From positions 1-39,231 of IMG/VR virus record IMGVR_UViG_3300012971_000036: 39,231 nt of DNA; one strand, written 5' to 3'. Under the pieces are notes generated by a model that ran no database searches, was not told where the DNA came from, and saw only the letters and a list, made by a program, of their open reading frames with translations. The number at the start of each line of letters is the position of its first letter. Positions within the stretch are counted from its first letter, which is position 1. A program made the position numbers and the translations under genes. This document shows, piece after piece, positions 1-7,719 of this stretch. Source of the stretch: a virus (lineage: Duplodnaviria > Caudoviricetes).

Positions 1-732
1 CAGTGGCAGAAGTCGCTGAAGGTGACCGACGAGAAGGTGCGCGAGGCCATCCAGAACGCCTGCCGCATCATCAAGCCCGTCGAGCGCTATTACTACAACG
101 TCGTCGTCCGCGAGTACGTCAACCCGAAGACCAACAAGCTGGAGAAGAACGTCGGGCCGCTCATCTTCTCGTGCGGCAAGACGGTCCACGCCATGATAAT
201 GACGGCCATCGTGGGTGACGTGAAGGCCGGCAAGAAGCGCAAGGGCGATATTACCGACCCGAAGGAAGGCCGCGACTTCCGCCTGGTCAAGAAGACCGTG
301 CGTGGGGCCGGTGGCTTCGAGTACCCCGGCTACGAGGGCAGTGAGTTCGAGGAGCCGTCGCCAGCCGGCACCCAGGAAGAACTGGAGAAGTGGCTGGAGA
401 ACCTGCACGACTTGACCACGCTTCGCAAGGTCAAGGACTTCGCCACCCTGGACCGCGCCCTCAAGGTCCACAACGGCGTGCTGGAACCGGACGACGAGGA
501 GTTCGACACCAGCGTGTACGAGCGCGGCGGCGACCCCGACAGCGACGACGACGGCACCGGCGGCGCACCAGTGCCGGCGACCCGCAAGCCGCAAGGTCCG
601 GGCGGCGGGGCAGAGAAGCCCATCGCCAAGCAGGAGAAGAAGGACTCGTCCAAGGCCAAGGCGGCTGAGGAGGAGATCATGGCGGACCCGGAGTTCATGG
701 CCGAACTCGACGCCCTCGAAACCGAGAAATGA
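1..732 (+). CDS. T4 gp32-like single-stranded DNA-binding protein (5' truncated by window)
   Basis: Frame is open from base 1. Contains RYYYNVVVR, GDITDPKEGRDFRLVKK and YEGSEF motifs plus an acidic C-terminal tail, and lies upstream of a UvsX/RecA gene. Confidence 0.8.
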   Translation, partial: QWQKSLKVTDEKVREAIQNACRIIKPVERYYYNVVVREYVNPKTNKLEKNVGPLIFSCGKTVHAMIMTAIVGDVKAGKKRKGDITDPKEGRDFRLVKKTVRGAGGFEYPGYEGSEFEEPSPAGTQEELEKWLENLHDLTTLRKVKDFATLDRALKVHNGVLEPDDEEFDTSVYERGGDPDSDDDGTGGAPVPATRKPQGPGGGAEKPIAKQEKKDSSKAKAAEEEIMADPEFMAELDALETEK

Positions 733-743
733 TCTCAATGGTT

Positions 744-783
744 CAGGCGGCACCCTTAGCCCCCGCGTTAAGGGTGCCGCCTG
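744..783 (+). terminator. 15-bp perfect hairpin after SSB gene
   Basis: caggcggcaccctta (744-758) pairs with taagggtgccgcctg (769-783). No long U tail. Confidence 0.6.
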
Positions 784-796
784 GATATATACCCCC

Positions 797-1090
797 ATGT
801 TAATCTCGACGGAACGAGAACTGGTTGCCCTGCGGAGCAGTTTGTGGCGGGGGCCGAATGCCTGGGGCATCCGGGACGGCTACCGCCTTTCCTTGGCCGA
901 AGCAATAGCCAATACCGAATATGGCTGACCAGCAGTGCGGTTAGCGGAGTTCCGCTACGAGTTGACAGAGGGTGGTGTAATATGTGCCCTGCGGGATATT
1001 TGTGAGCATTTCCACGGGGTAACGGGGGAGAGCTACCGCAAGAACGGCCTCGGCCCCCAGGCGACAGCACAAGTATTCAACCTTCCCTAG
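797..1090 (+). CDS. 97-aa hypothetical protein with one in-frame TGA (926-928); candidate selenoprotein or readthrough gene
   Basis: ATG797 to TAG1090 is open except for the TGA at codon 44: MLISTERELVALRSSLWRGPNAWGIRDGYRLSLAEAIANTEYG*PAVRLAEFRYELTEGGVICALRDICEHFHGVTGESYRKNGLGPQATAQVFNLP. It fills the SSB-recA gap and is preceded by ATATATA (785-791). Confidence 0.6.
938..959 (+). promoter_or_regulatory. bacterial SECIS-like hairpin 3' of in-frame UGA
   Basis: cGGU-UAGCGGA-GU-UCCGCUA-Cg has a bulged U and an apical GU, similar to E. coli fdhF GGU-UGCAG-GU-CUGCA-CC. Confidence 0.45.
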
Positions 1091-1139
1091 CACTTACCCA
1101 TTCCACACTCCAGTGCAAAGGAGAAAATATGGAGCAATC

Positions 1140-2351
1140 ATGACCAAAAAGACCCGGAGTGACGACGATCTGTTTCAGGACTTGGCGGCGGCAACGGGCG
1201 GCGAAGTCCTCGGTGAAATTGACACCGTTGCTTATTTCGTGGACACCGGCAACCTGGCCCTCAACTATGCCTGCTCTGGTAAGTTTATCGGCGGCGGTCT
1301 GCCCGGTGGGCGTCTGACGGAAATCTACGGCCCCTCTGCCTCCAGCAAATCTCTCATCGGCACCAACGTCCTGTTCGGCTGCCAGCGCATCAACGGCGTG
1401 CCCATCATCCTCGACACCGAGAACGCAGTGAACAAGGACTTCGTGCAACGGGCGAGCCACTGCAACCTGGCCCAGATCGTCCGCTACACCCCGCAAACTC
1501 TGGAAACCACCTTCGCCAAAATATACAAGGCTGTGGAACACATCCGCAGCCACGCCAAGTACAAAGATTCACCAATTGTCATCGTGTTCGATTCGATCAC
1601 GGTATGCCCGTCTGAGCGTGAACTGCGCGAGATTGATTTGCCGGAGAACTACACCGAGGCCGACTTCAAGCGGATTGTCAAGCAGCACGAGCAACCCGGC
1701 GAACGTGCCCGCATCTGCTCCCGCGAGTTCCGCAAGCTCAACACCGTCATGGAAAAGACGGGGGTGACGGTGGTTATCATGAACCAAATCCGCAAGAAGA
1801 TTGGGGTCATGTACGGTCCCGACACCACCACCGGCGGGGGCGGCATGGCCCTTCCCTTCTACGCCAGTTGCCGCCTGGAAACGCGGACCACGAAGAAGAT
1901 TGAGCGCAACCTGACCGCCAAGCGGAAGAAGGTGCTGGGCGTCCACGTCACCATCAAGAACGTGAAGAACCGGACGTATCGCCCCTTCGTCCAGGCCGAC
2001 GATGTGCCCCTGTTTTTCGAGTCCGGTATCAACCCGGTGGGTGGCCTGCTGACCGCGTTATTGGACGCGGAGCGGATCGACGGCAAGGGCGGGAATTACT
2101 TCGTCAAGGAACCCTGGGCCGGAGGCCAGGAGGTCAAGTTCAAGTCCAGCATGGAGCGTAACGAGGTGCCGATGGAAGTGGTTCTGAAGTGCCCGGCGCT
2201 GATCGACGCCAAGGACGAGCGGCAGATCAAGGATTACTTGGAGCCGTTCACCGGAGCAATGACCTACCAGCCTGCCGGCGACGTGCAGGAGACGGATGTG
2301 GGTGAGGACGACGAGGCCACCGACCTGGAGATTGATGAACAGCTTTCGTGA
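1140..2351 (+). CDS. uvsX: RecA/UvsX-like recombinase
   Basis: Motifs DTGNLALN, GGGLPGGRLTEIYGPSASSKS (Walker A), IVFDS, NQIR, GGMALPFYAS and VKNR. GGAG precedes ATG1140. Confidence 0.9.
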   Translation: MTKKTRSDDDLFQDLAAATGGEVLGEIDTVAYFVDTGNLALNYACSGKFIGGGLPGGRLTEIYGPSASSKSLIGTNVLFGCQRINGVPIILDTENAVNKDFVQRASHCNLAQIVRYTPQTLETTFAKIYKAVEHIRSHAKYKDSPIVIVFDSITVCPSERELREIDLPENYTEADFKRIVKQHEQPGERARICSREFRKLNTVMEKTGVTVVIMNQIRKKIGVMYGPDTTTGGGGMALPFYASCRLETRTTKKIERNLTAKRKKVLGVHVTIKNVKNRTYRPFVQADDVPLFFESGINPVGGLLTALLDAERIDGKGGNYFVKEPWAGGQEVKFKSSMERNEVPMEVVLKCPALIDAKDERQIKDYLEPFTGAMTYQPAGDVQETDVGEDDEATDLEIDEQLS

Positions 2352-2439
2352 GGCGACAAGCAAGCGGCCATAGACCTAGACGGACGTGTAACCCTTATGT
2401 CGATTGTCATGGCCGTTTCTTGCCCTTCATTGCACCCTG

Positions 2440-2468
2440 GGGGCGTGGCTCGTGGCCACGCCCCTTTT
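2440..2468 (+). terminator. rho-independent terminator
   Basis: ggggcgtggc-tcgtg-gccacgcccc followed by tttt, between convergent genes. Confidence 0.75.
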
Positions 2469-2946
2469 ATTTTGCGAGCCGGTAGGTTCCGGCACCCACC
2501 TTGGTGAAGTGAAAACCCTTTTGCCTTAATTCCTTCTTGACCCTGGCGATGTGGTTGCAGAGCGTGGGCGTGCTAAGTTTGTGGCGCTTGTAGCGTTTCT
2601 TCAGTTCCTTCAAGGAGACGGCCTCGCCGTTAAGGAACCGGCCCAGGATGTACTGCTTGATGCGGGCGGCGGTGCGCAGGATTCTGGGCCTGCTGTTCTT
2701 GGGCAGGACCGGGATTTTGACCTCGACCAGTTCGTAGGTAGTCTTCTTGGTCGCGTAGTTGGCATCACAGATCGCCGGGGCCAGGGCTGCCAACTCCAAT
2801 ATATCAGCCTCCTGAACGCGCACGACTGATATTTCCGCCTTGAAGGTCTTCGAGAACTCGATCAGTTGCGGGAAGTTCTTCTCGTGCGTGAAGAACTTGC
2901 GCCTGTCTTTGGTCTTTATCATCAGGCATTGTAAGGGATTAGGCAC
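2467..2946 (-). CDS. hypothetical protein, basic C-terminal (winged) HTH-like domain
   Basis: AGGAG then GTG at 2946. C-terminus is SLKELKKRY...LSTPTLCNHIARVKKEL...GAGTYRL. Confidence 0.6.
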   Translation of the reverse strand: MPNPLQCLMIKTKDRRKFFTHEKNFPQLIEFSKTFKAEISVVRVQEADILELAALAPAICDANYATKKTTYELVEVKIPVLPKNSRPRILRTAARIKQYILGRFLNGEAVSLKELKKRYKRHKLSTPTLCNHIARVKKELRQKGFHFTKVGAGTYRLAK

Positions 2947-3031
2947 TTCGTCGTCTCCTAAATAACCGTGCTTAATTCTACCCCTCCCTAAATATATTTC
3001 AACGGAAATATAATACCTGGGGAGGGAGTAC

Positions 3032-4009
3032 ATGGACTCACCGAAACTACTTTCATTTAGCGAGTGCTACCGCCGGTACGGGGTGGAGATCGAATTGAAC
3101 GCCACGGACGGGCGCAGCCGACCGCCGGGAGAGAACCTGCCGGAAGGCATCTATTATATCGCTAACGTCGTCTGCCAGGCGCTCAAGGTGCCCGTCGAGG
3201 TCAACAAATGGCATCACACGCACCACAACCACATCTGGGTGGTAAAGCCGGATTCGAGTTGCGGCCTGGAGGTTTGCTCGCCGGTCAGCAAGGGGATGGT
3301 GGACCTGCGCAACATCTGTACGGCGGTGGACGCTCTGGGTGGCGACATCGAGATTTCGGCGGACCACCGTTGTTCCCTGCATGTTCACGTCGAGGTTGCC
3401 GATCTGACGCAGGAGGAGTTGGCTTCGGTGCTGGCGTATTGGGTGAAGTGTGAGCCGGTCTTCATGGACTCGGTGCCGGCCAGCCGCAAGCGCAACAGGT
3501 ATTGCCAATTCCTCGGCGTTTCCGAGCTTTTCGAGCATGACAGCGAATATACCCCTCATCAACTGGTGAACCGGCTGAGTGGCTACAAGTATTATACAAT
3601 CAACACCTACCATTATAATAAGGGCAAGCGGGCCACCATCGAGTTTCGCATCACCGAGAACGCCGTGTGCCGCGACTCGTTCCTGCTCAAGAATTGGGTG
3701 CGCCTGGTACTGCACTTTGTCGAGATGGCCCGCCAGCAGCCTTTTCCGACGAAGTTTCAGGAGGATAATCCCTGGTCGTCGTACCTGTGGCTCGACCCCA
3801 GGGACGTGTTCCACCTGCTGGGATTCTTGCCCGGCCAATATCACCTGTCCCCGGAGATGGAGGAAACTCGGACGTGGTTCCTGAACCGCCTCCTGGCCAA
3901 CGCGACGAAAACGGGACTGCCGGGAGTGTGGACGGAGGAGGCCAGGGCGGTGGCTTTTCAGCAGGTGGTGGCTCTGGCACAGGAGCTAAAGACAGGGTAT
4001 CATATTTAG
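3032..4009 (+). CDS. putative amidoligase (COOH-NH2 ligase, Amidoligase_2-like)
   Basis: Motifs YGVEIE, PDSS, LEVCSP, CSLHVHV and TIEFR. Strong RBS. Confidence 0.8.
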   Translation: MDSPKLLSFSECYRRYGVEIELNATDGRSRPPGENLPEGIYYIANVVCQALKVPVEVNKWHHTHHNHIWVVKPDSSCGLEVCSPVSKGMVDLRNICTAVDALGGDIEISADHRCSLHVHVEVADLTQEELASVLAYWVKCEPVFMDSVPASRKRNRYCQFLGVSELFEHDSEYTPHQLVNRLSGYKYYTINTYHYNKGKRATIEFRITENAVCRDSFLLKNWVRLVLHFVEMARQQPFPTKFQEDNPWSSYLWLDPRDVFHLLGFLPGQYHLSPEMEETRTWFLNRLLANATKTGLPGVWTEEARAVAFQQVVALAQELKTGYHI

Positions 4010-4053
4010 GATCGGCGGGGATATATAAGTAGAGTTTTAGACCAGGAGGCGCT

Positions 4054-4515
4054 ATGCTGTACAAAGAACCGCACCTGCACGAACACGTTGAACAAATGCG
4101 AGCGCTGGGCGACCAACTCATTCCCTGCAACTTCCCCAAGGCCCCGGCGGAATGGGAAGACGATATAAATATCCTCAAGGCCCGCGAGATCATCGTTGAC
4201 GGCTACACCGTGGTCGTTCATTACAGCAAGGCCGATTACGACAACCACTACCTCGAAACCCTCCAGATTCTCGGTAAAAGTGGCCCGTTCTTGCCCTTCG
4301 TTTTAATTTGCAAGCTGGCCAAGGCATTCTTGGGCGACCAAGAACTTTCCCTGGTGGAAATCGTGCGGGATAGCCGGAAGATTTACTGCTGGACCTTGAC
4401 GGTGGACGAGGACGGGCACCCGATCCCCTCGCCGTTCCAGCGCGAGGCGGAACCGTGTCAGTTCGAGGGCTTCCGCTACAGCTACATGAACCCCGATCAG
4501 GTTAATTTCCACTAA
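4054..4515 (+). CDS. hypothetical protein
   Basis: AGGAGG RBS, ATATATA at 4021-4027, plausible globular sequence. Confidence 0.75.
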   Translation: MLYKEPHLHEHVEQMRALGDQLIPCNFPKAPAEWEDDINILKAREIIVDGYTVVVHYSKADYDNHYLETLQILGKSGPFLPFVLICKLAKAFLGDQELSLVEIVRDSRKIYCWTLTVDEDGHPIPSPFQREAEPCQFEGFRYSYMNPDQVNFH

Positions 4516-4543
4516 GCGCATATATACAGCGAAAGGAGGCGCT

Positions 4544-4753
4544 ATGATTTCCATTTCCGCCGCAGTGATGGTGATTATTTACCTAATCGTCGCCGGCCTG
4601 GTCTTTGGTCTGCTGTGGTGGCTGGTGGGTTACGTCAACGTGCCGGAGCCGTTCAACAAATTCCTACGGGTTGTGTTAGCGGTCCTGGCGGTCCTCGTAA
4701 TCATCGGGATTCTGCTAAGTCTCGTCACCGGCACGCCACTGTTCAAACCTTGA
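4544..4753 (+). CDS. small two-TM membrane protein
   Basis: Two hydrophobic helices separated by PEPFNK. AGGAGG RBS, ATATATA at 4520-4526. Confidence 0.75.
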   Translation: MISISAAVMVIIYLIVAGLVFGLLWWLVGYVNVPEPFNKFLRVVLAVLAVLVIIGILLSLVTGTPLFKP

Positions 4754-4771
4754 CGACGATCTGAAGCAAGA

Positions 4772-4801
4772 AAGGCCCACGGGCAGTTACCCGTGGGCCT
4801 T
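4772..4801. terminator. bidirectional terminator hairpin
   Basis: aaggcccacggg pairs with cccgtgggcctt, flanked by A- and T-rich runs, between convergent genes. Confidence 0.7.
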
Positions 4802-5995
4802 ATTCTTTTCGTAGGCTTCGTGTTCGGCCTGGGCGATGGCCCGACCGATCTCGGCACCCTTCAGGTGCAGGAAGTCTTCCGAACGGACCTGGGGCTGGTA
4901 GGCGACGAAGTAATGAAGTTCCTCCATGCCAGCCAGCCCGGCGAAGTCGTGGATGTCCTGTTCCATCTCGGCTTTCTTTGCCAGGTCGCCCGTCTGCTTC
5001 CAGATGTCTCGCTTCTGAAGGTACTGCACGATCCGGTGCGGGTCGAAGCGGTGAAGCTGGAGCAGGAACTCCACCCGGTCGAAAATATCGCTCGGATATT
5101 TTAACGCGGTCAGCTTCTTCTTGACCCGCTTCGCATCGTCATTGCCCTTCAGCAACCAGGCCAGGACCGCCTTCGGGTTGCGGATGTCCACCTGCTCGAC
5201 ATCGGACACGCTCATGCCGGGGAACACGGCCCCGAACAGGTGCAGGTCGCGGTAGTTGCGCAGGTAGCTGGCAGGGTTCAGACACTTGCTCAGGCCCGCC
5301 AGCAACTCGTTGACGATCCGCTCGCCGGAAATGCCGGGCAGGTGGCGGTACGCGGCCACGGCGTCCAGGGTGGCTTGATCCAGCCGGGGAACAATGTCTC
5401 CCTGGTTGAAGCGGCCATCGAACCGCAGCAGTCGCAGGATGCGTAGGCGGTCCTCGCGGATACGTTCCCTCGGATCGCCCACGAACCGCACCCGCTTGGC
5501 CTTGATGTCTTCAAAGCCCATCCCCCGGCCCTGGTCGTCCAGGTTGTAGTCCCTGATCTCCCGAAGGTTGGGGTAGTAGCACAGCGCGTTCATGGTGAAG
5601 TCGCGCCGGCTGGCGTCCTTGGCGGCGTCCGAGAACTTCACCCTGTCGGGGCGGCGTCCGTCCCCGGAGTCGGGGTCGTACCACTCCTCCCGGAAGGTGG
5701 CGATCTCGTATTCCCTGCCGTTCAGCACGGCGGAAATAACGCCGAAGCTCTCCCCCTTGGGAAAGACGTTGATGCCGTGGTCCGAAAGGATGGCTACGAC
5801 CTCGGCGGGCTGGGCGTCGGTGGCCAGGTCCGTGTCCTTGGGCGCGAACGGGTGGCCGTGGTGGACGTGGAACAGGTACTCGCGCACCACCCCGCCCACC
5901 GCCAACAACTCCTTGCCCGCCTTGACGAACAGGTGGTTGAGCAGCGTAACTTCTTTTGGCATAGGCACTTCGGCCTTTAGAACCGCGTGGCGCAT
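4787..5995 (-). CDS. cca: class II tRNA nucleotidyltransferase (CCA-adding enzyme / poly(A) polymerase family)
   Basis: Motifs VGGVVRE..DTDLATDA, EIATFR, RRDFTMNAL, EDRLRILRLLRF and ISGERI. GGGAGG precedes ATG5995. Confidence 0.88.
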   Translation of the reverse strand: MRHAVLKAEVPMPKEVTLLNHLFVKAGKELLAVGGVVREYLFHVHHGHPFAPKDTDLATDAQPAEVVAILSDHGINVFPKGESFGVISAVLNGREYEIATFREEWYDPDSGDGRRPDRVKFSDAAKDASRRDFTMNALCYYPNLREIRDYNLDDQGRGMGFEDIKAKRVRFVGDPRERIREDRLRILRLLRFDGRFNQGDIVPRLDQATLDAVAAYRHLPGISGERIVNELLAGLSKCLNPASYLRNYRDLHLFGAVFPGMSVSDVEQVDIRNPKAVLAWLLKGNDDAKRVKKKLTALKYPSDIFDRVEFLLQLHRFDPHRIVQYLQKRDIWKQTGDLAKKAEMEQDIHDFAGLAGMEELHYFVAYQPQVRSEDFLHLKGAEIGRAIAQAEHEAYEKNKAHG

Positions 5996-6143
5996 GGGCA
6001 CCTCCCTTCGTGTTCTTATTGTATTGACACCTGAACCCGGCGTCCGTTCACGTTTTTCCTCGGAAAAATTCGCTCCGAGCATTTCGGCCAGGGCGGGTAT
6101 ATAACGCAGACAATTCGAGTCTCTTACCACAGAGGTTTCCAAA

Positions 6144-6443
6144 ATGAAGACGAATAAAATCCAGGCGCTTCTCATCAACCACCTGAACCACCACGGTCAT
6201 ATTGAGTTGATTCTGCCGGACGGCGTGGTATTGGAAATTGGAGTGAACCAGGAAAATGAGAAGGGTGATATTATAATCACGGATGACTACTGCTGGGTGA
6301 TCGCCTCCCGCAAGGACCGTTCGGCCATTTTGGATTCATATAATTTGGGGTTGAGGTTCGCCAGTGACAGCCGTACAATCTTGTTTGAGGACCGATATAT
6401 CGACCAGAACGGGGACGAAGTGCGGAGGGTTGATGTTGTTTAA
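6144..6443 (+). CDS. hypothetical protein
   Basis: GAGG RBS, TATATA at 6098-6103. Confidence 0.7.
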   Translation: MKTNKIQALLINHLNHHGHIELILPDGVVLEIGVNQENEKGDIIITDDYCWVIASRKDRSAILDSYNLGLRFASDSRTILFEDRYIDQNGDEVRRVDVV

Positions 6444-6778
6444 CCCTGGCAAAATAAACTTCCGAGTGTCCTAAGATGACTCAGCGTGCCGGCAGGTGAT
6501 AAATGCAACTCGCTCGTCCCAACAGCCACGTTGTCCTCGCTCGGCACGTTGAAATCCACCCACAGGATAAATCCGTCTGCCGCCAGTTGGAATCGGGATA
6601 TGGTGACTTGCACGCCCTTCCTGCCGCCCACTTTCTGCTCCACGACGCTAAAGTTGCTGCGCATATTATTGCGCACACAGGCCAGCACGAACGCCATCAA
6701 CTTGGCGGCATCTATAAAATTGGTCCAGTTGGCGACCAGCAATTCTTCCAGTTTGTCCGCTTTGAGAACAGAGGTCAT
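6440..6778 (-). CDS. hypothetical protein
   Basis: 112-aa ORF convergent with the previous gene, protein-like composition. Confidence 0.65.
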   Translation of the reverse strand: MTSVLKADKLEELLVANWTNFIDAAKLMAFVLACVRNNMRSNFSVVEQKVGGRKGVQVTISRFQLAADGFILWVDFNVPSEDNVAVGTSELHLSPAGTLSHLRTLGSLFCQG

Positions 6779-6797
6779 AGAGGTAATCTAGTGAAAT

Positions 6798-7070
6798 ATG
6801 GGTGTGATCTACGCGATTTTGAATTTGAAAAACAATAAACGGTACATCGGGAGTACCGCCAACCACAAGAAGCGGGTCTATGGTTTCCACCGCCCGACTT
6901 TGCGGCACGGGCACCACTTTAGTCGCCACCTACCGTGTGGTGCGATATGTCCAGATGGGCATTTGGTCAATCCGTTGCCCACGAACCTTCTCCGTGCGTG
7001 GAGAACCGGGGCATCTGGGTGTAATGAGTGTTACCACTTATCAAAGGAACAGAGCGATGAAGAAAGTTGA
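6798..7070 (+). pseudogene. GIY-YIG homing endonuclease remnant
   Basis: MGVIYAILNLKNNKRYIGST..HKKR...H..L is a GIY-YIG N-terminus, but the ORF is only 90 aa with no DNA-binding tail. Confidence 0.65.
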
Positions 7071-7323
7071 TACATTACTGCGGGAGTACACCAGCAAGCT
7101 ATCCGACGACAACCTTCGCTTCTTGGATAGCCGCCTGGGGCAGAGGCTTTCGGGCGACCTTCCCGAAGCTCTGTCCTTCCTGGCACAGACCAACGACATG
7201 GACCGTTGGCTGTCCAGCGCCAAGGGTGCCATCGAGTTCTACGATATGGTAGACACGCTGGCCAAATATGTGGAACGGGAATACAAAAAACGCAACCCCC
7301 GCGACGAGGAGGACCGCCGTTGA
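7057..7323 (+). CDS. hypothetical helical protein (88 aa)
   Basis: AAGGA RBS before ATG7057; GC3-rich codons. Confidence 0.7.
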   Translation: MKKVDTLLREYTSKLSDDNLRFLDSRLGQRLSGDLPEALSFLAQTNDMDRWLSSAKGAIEFYDMVDTLAKYVEREYKKRNPRDEEDRR

Positions 7324-7709
7324 AATTTGCACGGACGCAGCCGACGCATCAGGTGAGCATCTACATCGGCAGCAAGCGGGGCTATAAAGGTGCCCCGTTT
7401 GATAAAGCCGAACTGACCACCTACATATGGGACGTGCAGGACGAAGCCGGCCCGGAGGAGGCCAACCCGGTGCGCATTATCGAAACCACCTACCTCTGGG
7501 CAGGGCCGGGCGAAAAGTACCGCGAGGAGGGCTGGGAGATCACGGTCATCAACTACCCACGCCGGCCCAAACCCGCCCAGGTCATTAACCGTTTCGCCCT
7601 GAACCTGGCTGAAAGTCTATTGAAGCACTTCCAGCAGAATCGTATAAGTGTGGTGTTCCCCGACGAGATCGTGATGTTGGAGGCCGATGACCCGGAAGAA
7701 CACAGTTAA
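7320..7709 (+). CDS. hypothetical protein
   Basis: TTG start overlaps the previous TGA; GAGGAGG RBS. Confidence 0.7.
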   Translation: MKFARTQPTHQVSIYIGSKRGYKGAPFDKAELTTYIWDVQDEAGPEEANPVRIIETTYLWAGPGEKYREEGWEITVINYPRRPKPAQVINRFALNLAESLLKHFQQNRISVVFPDEIVMLEADDPEEHS

Positions 7710-7719
7710 AGGAGGACAA

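Noticed and set aside
849-1058. gggggccga (849-857) / tcggccccc (1050-1058) long-range pairing suggesting tmRNA or 6S RNA
   Set aside because: There is no T-arm/CCA end, tag reading frame or continuous rod structure. The region is better explained by the 797-1090 reading frame, although a structural role is not excluded.
5996-6178. N-terminal extension of the CCA enzyme given by the ORF track
   Set aside because: It overlaps the divergent gene and promoter region, and a strong RBS supports ATG5995. Similar start corrections were made for recA, helicase, dNMP kinase, GNAT, DegT and others.
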